64,000 nucleotides of DNA from positions 1 through 64,000 of IMG/VR virus record IMGVR_UViG_3300037183_000141; one strand, given 5' to 3'. Source of the DNA: a virus. Taxonomy: Duplodnaviria > Caudoviricetes. A program made the translations under genes and the position numbers. The notes under the pieces were generated by a model that was not told where the DNA came from, did not search any database, and saw nothing but the letters and a program-made list of their open reading frames with translations. Shown here piece after piece: positions 28,470-37,679 of the stretch; position 1 is the stretch's first letter; each line of letters starts with the position of its first letter.

Positions 28470-30880
28470 TGGCAGGATTCACAAGACTCAGGGTTCTCGA
28501 GGGAGCAGACGACGGCGGCGAGGGCTGCCTCGTCAGACTGTGGCATGGTGGACTTGGTCTCGACGGTCGCCTTCGCGATCTTCGTGGCCGGACGGGACCT
28601 CAGGTAGTAGGTCGTCTTGAGCCGCTTCTGCCAAGCATAGTTGTACATCGAGGACAGAGGCCCGATGTTAGGGCTCTCTACAAAGAGATTCAGGGACTGA
28701 CTCTGATCGATGAACGCGCCGCGGTCCGCGGCCATGTCTATGAGCGAACGCATCGACATCTCCCAGGCGGTCCGGTAGACCAGCTTTAGGCCCGAGGGGA
28801 GCTCGTCCATGGCCTGGACGGAGCCCTCGGACAGCTTCAGACGGGACCTGGTTGCCTCGTTCCAGAGGCCGAGGTCCTTCAGGTCGTTGACGAGATATTT
28901 GTTGACCTGAATGAAGTCCCCGGACATCGTCTCCCTCTTAAAGAGGTTGGATACCTGGGGCTCGATGCACTCGTAGCAGCCGAGGATGGAGGCGATGGTG
29001 GCCGTGGGGGCTATGGCGATGAGCAGGGAGTTCCGGAGGCCGGAGGCCTTGATGCGGGCCTTGAGGTCGTTCCAGCGAGTGCCCTCGGGAACCACGCCCC
29101 AGGCGTCGAACTGGAGCTCGCCGCGGGCGGCGCGCGTCTCCGAGAACCCGGGATGGGCGCCCTTCTCCTCGGCGAGCTCGACGCTCGCCGTGATGGCGCC
29201 GTAGTAAATCTCCTCCGAGATCTTCTTGGAGATCTGGCGTGCCTCCGGGCAGTCGAAAGGGATCCGCATCTGAAAGAAGACGTCCTGAAGGCCCATCATG
29301 CCGAGGCCGACGGGGCGCCACTTCATGTTCGACGACCTCGCCGTGGGGATCGTGTAGTAGTTGATGTCGATGACGCGGTCGAGCTGACGGACCGCGGCGC
29401 GGACAGTCTTCGCGAGCTTCAGGTAGTCGAACATCGGCTTGCCGGCGACGTCCATCATGTGGCGGCCGACGTTGATAGAGCCCAGGTTGCAAACGGCCGT
29501 CTCGTCGTCCGACGACAGCTCGAGGATCTCGGTGCAGAGGTTCGAGAGATGGACGGTGCGGCCGGGGAGGGCCGTCTGGTTGCAGGCGAGGTTCGACTTG
29601 TCCTTGAAGCACATCCAACCATTGCCGGTCTGGGCGAGCGTGCGGACCATGCGGGTATATAGAGCCTGGGCCTTGACGACCTTGACCGCGCGGCCGGAGG
29701 CCTCGGCGGCCTCGTAGGCGACCTGAAAGTCGTCGCCGTAGAGGTCGGTCAGGGCGGGGAACTCCTTCGGGTCGAAGAGGCTCCAGTCCTGGTTAGCGTT
29801 GACGCGCTCCATGAACAGATCGGGGATCCAGTTTGCGATGTTCAGGTTATGCGTGCGGCGGGCCTCGTCGCCGGTGTTATCGCGAAGCTCGAGGAACTCC
29901 TCGACGTCCGAGTGCCAGGTTTCAAGGTAGACGCAGCAGGCGCCCTTCCTCTTGCTGCCCTGAGACACGGCGGCGACAGACGCGTCGAGGGTCTTAAGCC
30001 ATGGGACGATGCCGTTCGACCTGCCGTTGGTTCCCTTGATGTGCGAGCCGCGCGAGCGGACCCTGGAGTACGAAATGCCGATGCCGCCGGAGAACTTCGA
30101 GAGGCGGGCGACGTCCGCATACTTATTGTAGATCGCCTCGAGCGAGTCCTGGGGCGAGTCGAGGAGGAAGCAGCTGGAGAGCTGCTCATGGCGGGTCCCG
30201 GCGTTGAAGAGGGTCGGGGAGCTCGGGACGTACTCGAAGGACGAGAAAGACGTATAGAGCTCGATGGCCTCGGCCACGGTCTCGGACAGGGCGCACGCGA
30301 TGCGCATGAAGAACTGTTGGGGGGTCTCGAGCGCCATACGGGTCTTCGGGTGCTTCAGGAGATAGCGGTCGTAGACCGTCTGCAGGCCGAAGTAGTCGAA
30401 GTTGTCGTCGCGGTGCGTCCGGATGGCGTCGTCGAGCTTGCGGGAGTTCGCGCTCACGAAGGACTGGAGACGCTCGTTCGCCATGTCAAGGGAGGCCACC
30501 ATCAACACGGACTGAGAGAACGTCTGGATGCCCTGACCGCGGACCTCCTTGCTCATATACTCGGAGAGGAGGCGGGCGGCGAGCTTGGCATACTGGGGGT
30601 CCTCGACGGTGAGGGAGGCTGCCGTCTGTATGGAGAGCATATCGAGCTCGCGGGATGAGGTCCCGTCGAAAACGCCGTTTATCGTCTTAGAGGCGACGCG
30701 CATCGGGTCAACGTCCGGCAGGCCGTCGCAGCAGCGACGGACGGCCTTGATTATCTTGTTGATGTCGGTTGGCTCGAGGGTCCCGTTCCTCTTCCTCACG
30801 CGTATCACGGGCTCCGGAGGCGGGGGAGCACTCAGGACAGCGGACATCATGACATCAGTTTGCACGGCTTCGCTTGACAT
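28466..30880 (-). CDS. nrdA: Ribonucleotide reductase class Ia alpha subunit with ATP cone
   Basis: ATP cone VRKRNG, PSSPTLFNAG, QLSSCFL, SNLCTEI, VCNLGS, IAPTATIA, TTYYLR, C-terminal CESC; start at 30880 has AGGAGG SD. Confidence 0.95.
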   Translation of the reverse strand: MSSEAVQTDVMMSAVLSAPPPPEPVIRVRKRNGTLEPTDINKIIKAVRRCCDGLPDVDPMRVASKTINGVFDGTSSRELDMLSIQTAASLTVEDPQYAKLAARLLSEYMSKEVRGQGIQTFSQSVLMVASLDMANERLQSFVSANSRKLDDAIRTHRDDNFDYFGLQTVYDRYLLKHPKTRMALETPQQFFMRIACALSETVAEAIELYTSFSSFEYVPSSPTLFNAGTRHEQLSSCFLLDSPQDSLEAIYNKYADVARLSKFSGGIGISYSRVRSRGSHIKGTNGRSNGIVPWLKTLDASVAAVSQGSKRKGACCVYLETWHSDVEEFLELRDNTGDEARRTHNLNIANWIPDLFMERVNANQDWSLFDPKEFPALTDLYGDDFQVAYEAAEASGRAVKVVKAQALYTRMVRTLAQTGNGWMCFKDKSNLACNQTALPGRTVHLSNLCTEILELSSDDETAVCNLGSINVGRHMMDVAGKPMFDYLKLAKTVRAAVRQLDRVIDINYYTIPTARSSNMKWRPVGLGMMGLQDVFFQMRIPFDCPEARQISKKISEEIYYGAITASVELAEEKGAHPGFSETRAARGELQFDAWGVVPEGTRWNDLKARIKASGLRNSLLIAIAPTATIASILGCYECIEPQVSNLFKRETMSGDFIQVNKYLVNDLKDLGLWNEATRSRLKLSEGSVQAMDELPSGLKLVYRTAWEMSMRSLIDMAADRGAFIDQSQSLNLFVESPNIGPLSSMYNYAWQKRLKTTYYLRSRPATKIAKATVETKSTMPQSDEAALAAVVCSLENPESCESCQ

Positions 30881-31763
30881 TGTTCTTGGCCTCCTCGGAC
30901 AGTCTAATAACCTCGGCCTCAAGGCCGAGGGCTGCATATTTCTTGCCGCGCTTGTGTGCCAGGTCGAGGCGACATAGCTCGGCCAGGCTAGTCTTCAGGG
31001 ACGAAGGGCTCCACAGGCCGAGACGGGGCTCGACCACCTTCTTGAAGACGAAAGGGTGCATTTCGATGCGCTTCGCCACATCCTGCGGAGCGAGGCCGGA
31101 CGCGGACAAAAGCTCCACGCGAAGCTGCTGGATCACGTGCCTCTGGAGAAAGGCTATGATCCACCCAGTCTCATCCTGCGCCTCCTGGAGCCGGTCCACG
31201 TAGGCGACAGCTTTGACGGGGTGTCCTTCACACACGGCTTCCACTATCTCCTTTGGTGTGAGGTCCGCTGAAAACGGCAGAACCGATCTAACATCCTCGG
31301 GAGTAACCGGCCCCGAAGGCACTAACACTGACAGTTTGCGGACCTCAGAAGCGAGCTTTCTGAGACTCTTTCGGCTGTTCACAAAAAGGCCCAGCGCGAC
31401 TCTTCTTAGATCGATGTTATAGCGCTCGCCTTCTTTTACGACCCATGCGACCACCTCGTTTTTATCGTCGTACGTCTTGAGTTTCGGGAAGTCGAGACGG
31501 CGCGTCGCGGTGGCCAGCTCGAGCTTCTTCTTCGAAATGACAATAAGGACGTCCGGGTCGTTCGGGAGCTTCGGGACGGAGGTCGCCCGGACGACGAACA
31601 CGCGACGGCCTCCGCCTATCGGACGGCACGACATCTCCTCCACGTAGGCGGCCTCCTCGTCGAACCTGAGGACCGAGTCCGGGAGCATCGAGGTCGCCTC
31701 GCCGAGGGCGGCGCGCTCCATGAGGAGCTCCTCCTCACCGCTTATCAAGATAACTGTAGCCAC
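30855..31763 (-). CDS. holA: DNA polymerase III delta subunit-like
   Basis: VILISGEEELL, LASEVRKL, ITPEDV-like region, C-terminal LCRLDLAHKRG...LEAEVIRL; TAAGCT 8 nt before GTG. Confidence 0.75.
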   Translation of the reverse strand: MATVILISGEEELLMERAALGEATSMLPDSVLRFDEEAAYVEEMSCRPIGGGRRVFVVRATSVPKLPNDPDVLIVISKKKLELATATRRLDFPKLKTYDDKNEVVAWVVKEGERYNIDLRRVALGLFVNSRKSLRKLASEVRKLSVLVPSGPVTPEDVRSVLPFSADLTPKEIVEAVCEGHPVKAVAYVDRLQEAQDETGWIIAFLQRHVIQQLRVELLSASGLAPQDVAKRIEMHPFVFKKVVEPRLGLWSPSSLKTSLAELCRLDLAHKRGKKYAALGLEAEVIRLSEEAKNNVKRSRAN

Positions 31764-31774
31764 CGAAGGGTAGC

Positions 31775-32575
31775 TTACATCTTCAAAGATAATATAACAG
31801 CGTTGCGCCAGTGGATCTCCGCGTTCGCGGACGGGACGCGGACGATGTCGGCGGCGAAGCGGAGGAAAGCGAGGGCGCCCTCACGGGCGGCGGGGTCCGC
31901 CATAAGCGATAAGGCGGCCCTCCGAACGACGAGGGAGACCGCGGTCCGATCGGGGGAGCGGCCGGACTCGAGGTCCTTGACGACGGACGGGACGGCGAGC
32001 TCGAAAGACGGGTCCGCGACGGAAGAGAGGACCGACTCGTGCAGGGCGACGAAGCCGCGAGTACATAAGACCGGATAGAGGCCAGGCCTCCCGCAGGACA
32101 TACTGACAGCGAGGTCGTCCACCTCCTTCCCGAGGGAGAAGGCGAACTCGGACACCTCGGAGTCGGACAGGGGGAACCAGCGGACGTCCCGGACAACCCT
32201 AGAGAGCAGGGGAGGGAGGAGCGAGCGCGGGTCCGAGGAGACGGCGACAATACACGAGCTATCCGGGGCCTCCTCACACAACTTAAGCCACGAGTCCTGG
32301 GCAGGCTCGCTCAGCACGTCGATGTCGTCGATCAGGACCGCACGGAACGGGCTGAACGACGGGCGGTCGGAGAGGAAAGGCCGGGCCTGACGAGCGCCGT
32401 CCGGGCCGGACTCGGCGACGAGGAGGTCCGCCTCGTCGAGCGCGGACTCGAGGTAGGCCCTGACGAACGAGGCCTTCCCGACGTGCTCAGGCCCGCTCAG
32501 GGTCAGGAAGCGCGGGACGCTCTGTATCGCCGTCTCCGTCTCCCGCTGGGAGCGCTGGTTTCCGAACGTCGTCAA
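31775..32575 (-). CDS. holB: DNA polymerase III delta-prime subunit-like
   Basis: LTLSGPEHVGKA, VLIDDIDVLSEPAQDSWLKLCEE, LLPPLLSR (LLPTIRSR-like). Confidence 0.78.
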   Translation of the reverse strand: MTTFGNQRSQRETETAIQSVPRFLTLSGPEHVGKASFVRAYLESALDEADLLVAESGPDGARQARPFLSDRPSFSPFRAVLIDDIDVLSEPAQDSWLKLCEEAPDSSCIVAVSSDPRSLLPPLLSRVVRDVRWFPLSDSEVSEFAFSLGKEVDDLAVSMSCGRPGLYPVLCTRGFVALHESVLSSVADPSFELAVPSVVKDLESGRSPDRTAVSLVVRRAALSLMADPAAREGALAFLRFAADIVRVPSANAEIHWRNAVILSLKM

Positions 32576-32720
32576 GACGGCCGATCTCCACCATATGGAC
32601 GGTCACCTCGTAGATCCTCCTGCATGAGGAGCAACCCATTTTGTTCACGGCCCCGAACGAGGTCAGGGGCTCCCCGAGCGTGCCGCGAGGGCGCACGCAG
32701 ACAGGGCAGTAGAACATCAT
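32487..32720 (-). CDS. Small Zn-ribbon protein
   Basis: YCPVC...MGCSSC; overlaps the holB start. Confidence 0.5.
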   Translation of the reverse strand: MMFYCPVCVRPRGTLGEPLTSFGAVNKMGCSSCRRIYEVTVHMVEIGRLDDVRKPALPAGDGDGDTERPALPDPERA

Positions 32721-32918
32721 CTAGACGTTGAAGCTGCCGCCGAGGCCGACCGAGAACACGTGAGAGCACTTGGTGCACTTGTACATCGGCGAGCGGTGTC
32801 CGTCAGAGGAAAGCTTGTAGGCTTGCCTACCGTTGCAGCTCTGGCCCTTGGTCACCGGGTCGGAACCCTTCGTGCAACGGACAAAGACGATGGGGTGGGC
32901 TGGTTTCTCTTCGGACAT
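32721..32918 (-). CDS. Small Zn-ribbon protein
   Basis: AAGGAG SD before ATG 32918; RC...C...YKCTKC. Confidence 0.6.
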   Translation of the reverse strand: MSEEKPAHPIVFVRCTKGSDPVTKGQSCNGRQAYKLSSDGHRSPMYKCTKCSHVFSVGLGGSFNV

Positions 32919-32932
32919 ATGAGTCTCCTTTT

Positions 32933-33274
32933 TCAGGGGAACTCTACGGCAACCCGGGCCGCAATGCGAGCGAGGATGGAGCCTTCCGAGTCGGTCGCGA
33001 AGAGAGGGACAGCGACAAGGGCGGCGACCCTCCGACATTTCTCGAAGTCGGAGTAGAGCATGGTCCAGGACTCGCCGGTCCGGCCCGGGCTCGAGGCGCG
33101 AAGGACGCGCGGGCCCTCGACCGCGTCGGGGACGCTGACGGAGAGGGCGTTCTGCTTCAGCCGGAGAATGAAGAGCGGATAGGAGGCGAGGGCCACATTG
33201 TGCGTGGCCGGCCTGAGCTGGCGGGGTCCCGGGCGGCCGGTCAGGCCGTCGTAGGCCGAGCCGTCAAAGGCCAA
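32933..33274 (-). CDS. Hypothetical protein
   Basis: Packed ORF ending ...ILARIAARVAVEFP. Confidence 0.55.
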   Translation of the reverse strand: MAFDGSAYDGLTGRPGPRQLRPATHNVALASYPLFILRLKQNALSVSVPDAVEGPRVLRASSPGRTGESWTMLYSDFEKCRRVAALVAVPLFATDSEGSILARIAARVAVEFP

Positions 33275-34502
33275 GGTCCGACCTGCGGAGGCCGCGGCGG
33301 GAGGCGAGGGCCGATGCCATGACGATCACGGAGGCGGCCTGGGAGGCCTTGTCCTCTGACTTCGACTTCTTGGGCTTGTTCGCGCCGGCGCCGGAGTCGG
33401 GCTTGATGGCGTCTACGTCGACGCCCATACCCTTCAGCTTCTTGGTCAGGCGGTCGAGCTCGTCCTGCTTGGAGAAGGAGGAGCCCTTCTCCTCGGCCTC
33501 GGCCTTCAGGCGGGCGACCTTGCGCTCGTCGATGCCCTTCTGGTAGTCGGCTTTACCCTGGTCCTTCTTTTGCTCCAGCTTCTCGGCCTCCCTCGGGTCG
33601 GCGCCGTGCATGTCGTACAGGGTGTCGTAGACGGACTCGGGGAGCTCCTCCTCGGCGAAGTCCGTGATCTTCTTGAGAAGCTTCTTCTTCGTGTCGCCGA
33701 CGAAGCCGGACCAGCGCTTCTCATACTTCGCGTAGACGTCGGGGAGCTTCTCCTGAAACTTTTCCTTCAGGAGGGAGGCATGCCCCATGTTCTCCTTGAT
33801 GTCGGAGCCAAAGCTCCCTCCGTCGTCGTTCATTATGGACTCGAAGATGATCTTCTCCTCCGGGGAGAGGGTCTTCTCGAGCTCCGGGATCCACTCCTCG
33901 ATGGCGGAGAAGAACTCCTTGGCGGCCGCGTGGTCGTCCAAGGCCTTCCCGAGCTCGGTCGTGTCCGGCGTCGGCATGCGGCCCTCGCCGTTACCCTTCG
34001 CGCCGCCGTCCTCGTCGCGAGTGCCGAACGCGTCGTCGACCGAGCGCTCGTTCTTCTTGCGGTGGGACTTCCCCATTGACCCGCTCATAGCAGTAGTCCG
34101 AAGGTTGTTGAACATGGCCTTCAGGGCACCGTCCCATGTCGGAAAGTCCTTGGCGAAGTCCCAGGGCTTGCCGGTGGAGCGCATGATGGGCTCGCCGTCT
34201 TCGTCCCGCTTGACCACGCCCTTGTCGTTCGTCTCGTACGTGGACCCAGTGGCTATATACGAAAGGAAGTTCTGGATGGCGTCCATCGAGTCCGAGTCGT
34301 TACCCTGAAGCTGCTTCCGAGCGACGGCCATGAGCTTTGCGCCGATGGACCCGGCGGTCTCAGTGATAGTCTGTCCCGGATACTGCTTACGCAGAATGTT
34401 CAGGATTGCCTTCCCGGCGTCAGACTCAAAACCTGCAAAAAGGCGCATCATCGCAACGATAAAGCGGATGGAGGTGGCGATGCGCGGGCGTTCGACCGTC
34501 AT
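33264..34502 (-). CDS. Hypothetical protein, possibly with degenerate sigma-like segments
   Basis: Strong GC3 bias; DAIQNF...ALKAMFNNLRTTAM and LSPEEKIIF weakly recall sigma regions 2 and 4. Confidence 0.65.
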   Translation of the reverse strand: MTVERPRIATSIRFIVAMMRLFAGFESDAGKAILNILRKQYPGQTITETAGSIGAKLMAVARKQLQGNDSDSMDAIQNFLSYIATGSTYETNDKGVVKRDEDGEPIMRSTGKPWDFAKDFPTWDGALKAMFNNLRTTAMSGSMGKSHRKKNERSVDDAFGTRDEDGGAKGNGEGRMPTPDTTELGKALDDHAAAKEFFSAIEEWIPELEKTLSPEEKIIFESIMNDDGGSFGSDIKENMGHASLLKEKFQEKLPDVYAKYEKRWSGFVGDTKKKLLKKITDFAEEELPESVYDTLYDMHGADPREAEKLEQKKDQGKADYQKGIDERKVARLKAEAEEKGSSFSKQDELDRLTKKLKGMGVDVDAIKPDSGAGANKPKKSKSEDKASQAASVIVMASALASRRGLRRSDLGL

Positions 34503-34516
34503 ACCACCACCAGACA

Positions 34517-36166
34517 CTAAAGGGCTACATTCTTCAGAATTTTTTGACCCCTGACAACGGCCGCCGAAATCTTCTCCCGGGAGTAGGAGAAGTGCGAGGA
34601 CATGTCCTCCTCGCTCATACCCGCAGCGTACAAGGTGGCAAAAAGGTCAGCCCGGGCCACAACAGAACGACCGACAAGACTGGTTCCGAGAATCTGATCC
34701 TCGCTACAGTCATGGCGGTCACACACCTCCCGCATCACACGATCGGCGAAGCCGGTGCCGACTGTCGCCGACCGAAGCTTTTTGAGAGCCGAGGTGTGAA
34801 GACGATGAACACGCTGGACGGGAATCCCGCTATTCCGGGCATAATCTCGGACCGTAACATCCAGAAGACTGATAGCGGATATAACGTCCGACTCCTCGGC
34901 CGACAGGGCCGCCTCACCGAGAAGAGATGCTATATCTGACCTATGCTCGACCACACGAAAGTCGGCAACGGCGTCGGCGTCGCAGATGACCCGCTGGGAC
35001 CCCTCCTCAGAGTCCAGGTCGTACGCAACGACCTCGGAGTCGGAGGTCTCGGGCGAGACACCGTTGTTGTGGACATTACGGGACATGTCGTCCGTCCGGG
35101 TGAGCTGTTTGAACTCGTTAATGACCTCATTCCCGATAATGCGGTCCGCATACTTTAGCAGACCAGCGTCGATCCCGTGCGGCTCTGTGCCCGGAACAGC
35201 CGGTCGCATGATGAAACGTGGTTGATTGAAAACACGGTTCTTCCCCTGCCATCCGCGGAGGTAAGAGACACTGTTCTTGTTGGGCTTTTGGCAGAGCTGA
35301 GAATCATTCCACCGCATCTTCCGGATTGCGTCCAACATGGACGGGGTCAGAGCTGGGTTCAGAGCCTGAACGCTCTCCTTAGGGTGCTTCCAGCCAGGAC
35401 ATTGCTCGGATTGGGCAAGAGAGATCCCCTTGGATCGAAGAAGAGCAAGCCCACGAGCGCACTCTGGGCACGTCTTCGGAGCAGCCTTATTTCCTCCAGA
35501 CACATGGCTCGGACGACCGCGGGGACACTCGTGTTCCGTGAGCTCTGCCGGAATGATGCGATCTTGGCGCCACAAAGACTGAAGCTTCCAATACTCGCCC
35601 GGACCATGCCCGAGGAGGTAGAGCATCCGGTCGCTGTCGATAGTGTGGCCTTGGGCTGAGTAGAAGTACCTCTCGAAGTCAAAGCCCACGTAGGCCAAGA
35701 CGTCGGACACTCTCCAAAGAGAGTTCGGGTCGATATTCATGCCGACCCTGGGGGAGATAATCGTGTCGCTAATGAACTTTAGCTGAACAGGCGGACCGTC
35801 CGGGTCCCAGAGCATGTGCTCGGCCTCAGTCCGCGTAACGAGATCCTCATGAAGGTACTTATAGAACCAGCGGGAAGTGAACTCCTTCTGAAGGAAGCGG
35901 GCGCAGACGCGCTGCGTGGCGTCCGGTATGCGGTCATGGTCGCGCTTGAAACGCTTCCGGACCTTGCTGCGGACCCAGTTGAACCATTGCTTTAGGAAGG
36001 ACCTGTCATCGGGAATGCAGACAGGAGCATAACGAACTCCCGGCGCATCCTTACAGGATGGACCTATTCTGGGGTAGCGCTTAGCTCCTCCACAGACAGC
36101 CTTGTCCCTCTTACAGACAGCGCAGAACTCTATGGGGGCACATGCCCCTCCCATACCAACGTTCAT
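34517..36166 (-). CDS. Divergent sigma-factor-like protein with C-terminal DnaA domain IV-like HTH
   Basis: LLKYADRIIGNEVINEFK (region 2.4-like); LSAEESDVI...TVRDYARNSGIPVQRVHRLHTSALKKLR (region 4); VMREVCDRHDCSEDQILG...VVARADLF...MSEEDMSSHF (DnaA-C-like). Confidence 0.55.
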   Translation of the reverse strand: MNVGMGGACAPIEFCAVCKRDKAVCGGAKRYPRIGPSCKDAPGVRYAPVCIPDDRSFLKQWFNWVRSKVRKRFKRDHDRIPDATQRVCARFLQKEFTSRWFYKYLHEDLVTRTEAEHMLWDPDGPPVQLKFISDTIISPRVGMNIDPNSLWRVSDVLAYVGFDFERYFYSAQGHTIDSDRMLYLLGHGPGEYWKLQSLWRQDRIIPAELTEHECPRGRPSHVSGGNKAAPKTCPECARGLALLRSKGISLAQSEQCPGWKHPKESVQALNPALTPSMLDAIRKMRWNDSQLCQKPNKNSVSYLRGWQGKNRVFNQPRFIMRPAVPGTEPHGIDAGLLKYADRIIGNEVINEFKQLTRTDDMSRNVHNNGVSPETSDSEVVAYDLDSEEGSQRVICDADAVADFRVVEHRSDIASLLGEAALSAEESDVISAISLLDVTVRDYARNSGIPVQRVHRLHTSALKKLRSATVGTGFADRVMREVCDRHDCSEDQILGTSLVGRSVVARADLFATLYAAGMSEEDMSSHFSYSREKISAAVVRGQKILKNVAL

Positions 36167-36243
36167 TTAAAGCCTCCTTGCGGCGATCGCTACGCCGACT
36201 GATGGAGAGCGCCCATGAAACCCGTGGGCAGGCAGAAACTATA

Positions 36244-37125
36244 TCATATGAAAAACGTTTGAACAATATCTTTCGGAGCACCGAAGAACAGGAACGCACC
36301 CTCCCCCTGAGGGGGAACGGGAATGTCAGACCAAAGAAGATCCAAAGCTTGTGCGTCCAACATTGGCGGACGGCTCTTCCACAGCCACTGCTGGGCACGA
36401 GACACTCTCCGGCGAGAAGCGTCCTCGCCGACCTCACACCTGCCGGACGCGTACATACTAAGTCGGTCTTGAACACCAAGCTTAGAACAGGACCCGAAGG
36501 AAAGACGAGCTATGCGAAGAGCGACACGAAAACACTTCGTGCGATCCTGGACGAGGTCCTCGCCGCCCCACGCGGTCGCATACCCGGGCTCCCTCTCGCT
36601 CGAGACGAACCGGAGGCCGCCGTTCGGCCCGACGACGACGCGGAGCTTCGTCCTTCCGGTGTCCTTCTCGAGGGTCCCGAGCTTCACCTGCATGAGGCAC
36701 CAAGACTTGCCGGAGTCGCCCTGGGCCTTCGGCCCGACGCCGGTGTCGACGTCCTTGCGGTAGGCGCTCTCGTAGAAGGCGATCGAGGTCAAGAGGGCGG
36801 TCGTCATAGCACGCCCGTTGGCGCCCTGGAAGATGGGGCGTTCGGCCGGATCGTACGTGACGGTCATGATGTCGTTGGCGATATCCTCATACCTTCTCCT
36901 ACCCTCCTCCTCGGACTCCTTCGCCTCCTTGACGTAGGAGAGGCCCGGAGGGGCCCAGGTCACCATCCGGTCCACGACCCACTGATGTAAAGAGGTGACC
37001 CTGAACGAGGGGAGCGAACGGTCCTGGACGGTGTCCGACGACGCGAAGCTCACCCCGGAAAGGGTAAGGACGCACGCCATGACCGCCACGAGGCGCTTCC
37101 AGAGGAATAGTCGATTTTTCAGCAT
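36244..37125 (-). CDS. Secreted lysozyme-fold/lytic transglycosylase-like protein
   Basis: Signal-peptide-like N-terminus (KRLVAVMACVLTLSGVSFA); LTSIAFYES (catalytic Glu) and GDSGKSWCLMQV. Confidence 0.6.
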   Translation of the reverse strand: MLKNRLFLWKRLVAVMACVLTLSGVSFASSDTVQDRSLPSFRVTSLHQWVVDRMVTWAPPGLSYVKEAKESEEEGRRRYEDIANDIMTVTYDPAERPIFQGANGRAMTTALLTSIAFYESAYRKDVDTGVGPKAQGDSGKSWCLMQVKLGTLEKDTGRTKLRVVVGPNGGLRFVSSEREPGYATAWGGEDLVQDRTKCFRVALRIARLSFGSCSKLGVQDRLSMYASGRCEVGEDASRRRVSRAQQWLWKSRPPMLDAQALDLLWSDIPVPPQGEGAFLFFGAPKDIVQTFFI

Positions 37126-37154
37126 GTTTCGGCCAACCGATTCAAAGGCTACCC

Positions 37155-37370
37155 TTAGGTAGCTGGGGAAAGCTCCAGATACTGGAGCAGCCCGGACGAC
37201 GTTGAGTAAACCAGACGTTTGTTCATTATCGTATATTCACCTTCTACGATCCGAACCCTCCTCCGGTCCGATGGATCTCTGAGTGATATCCGGTCAATTC
37301 TGAGGACAGTCCCCTCAGGGACCAGGGGCATTGGATGAACTTTGTACTCGACATGTTTGGGCAAGTCCAT
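37155..37370 (-). CDS. Small hypothetical protein
   Basis: ATG at 37370 (MDLPKHVEYK...) within ORF 37155..37415. Confidence 0.5.
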   Translation of the reverse strand: MDLPKHVEYKVHPMPLVPEGTVLRIDRISLRDPSDRRRVRIVEGEYTIMNKRLVYSTSSGLLQYLELSPAT

Positions 37371-37538
37371 GAAGACAAAGAAAGTCTTCACGCTCCCGGA
37401 AGCTTCAGAGGGCATTTCCTCTTCCTCCCGCCATGGGCTCCTCCGCGTCCAGATCCCGTTATGAGACTGGGTTTGTCACTTACACTGCACACGCTCAACA
37501 CTTGGCCGTCTTTGTCACTGTCGTCTCTTCTGACTTCG

Positions 37539-37568
37539 CTACTACTACTACTACTGCTACTACTGCTA
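37539..37568. repeat. Trinucleotide microsatellite (CTA)5 CTG (CTA)2 CTG CTA
   Basis: Read directly; lies in a pyrimidine-rich then purine-rich tract between divergent gene blocks. Confidence 0.85.
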
Positions 37569-37679
37569 CCATCGCCACTGCTTACTCTTACTCCGACTTC
37601 GTCTCTGTTCGAGAAGCAAAAGAGGGATCGAAAGGAAAAAGGAAAAGAAGAAAGATCTTCCGTAGAACGGGCGACGAGG

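Noticed and set aside
37335-37679. Poly-Leu 'transmembrane' N-terminus of ORF 37335..38762
   Set aside because: Produced by the CTA microsatellite; overlaps an opposite-strand gene and lacks GC3 bias
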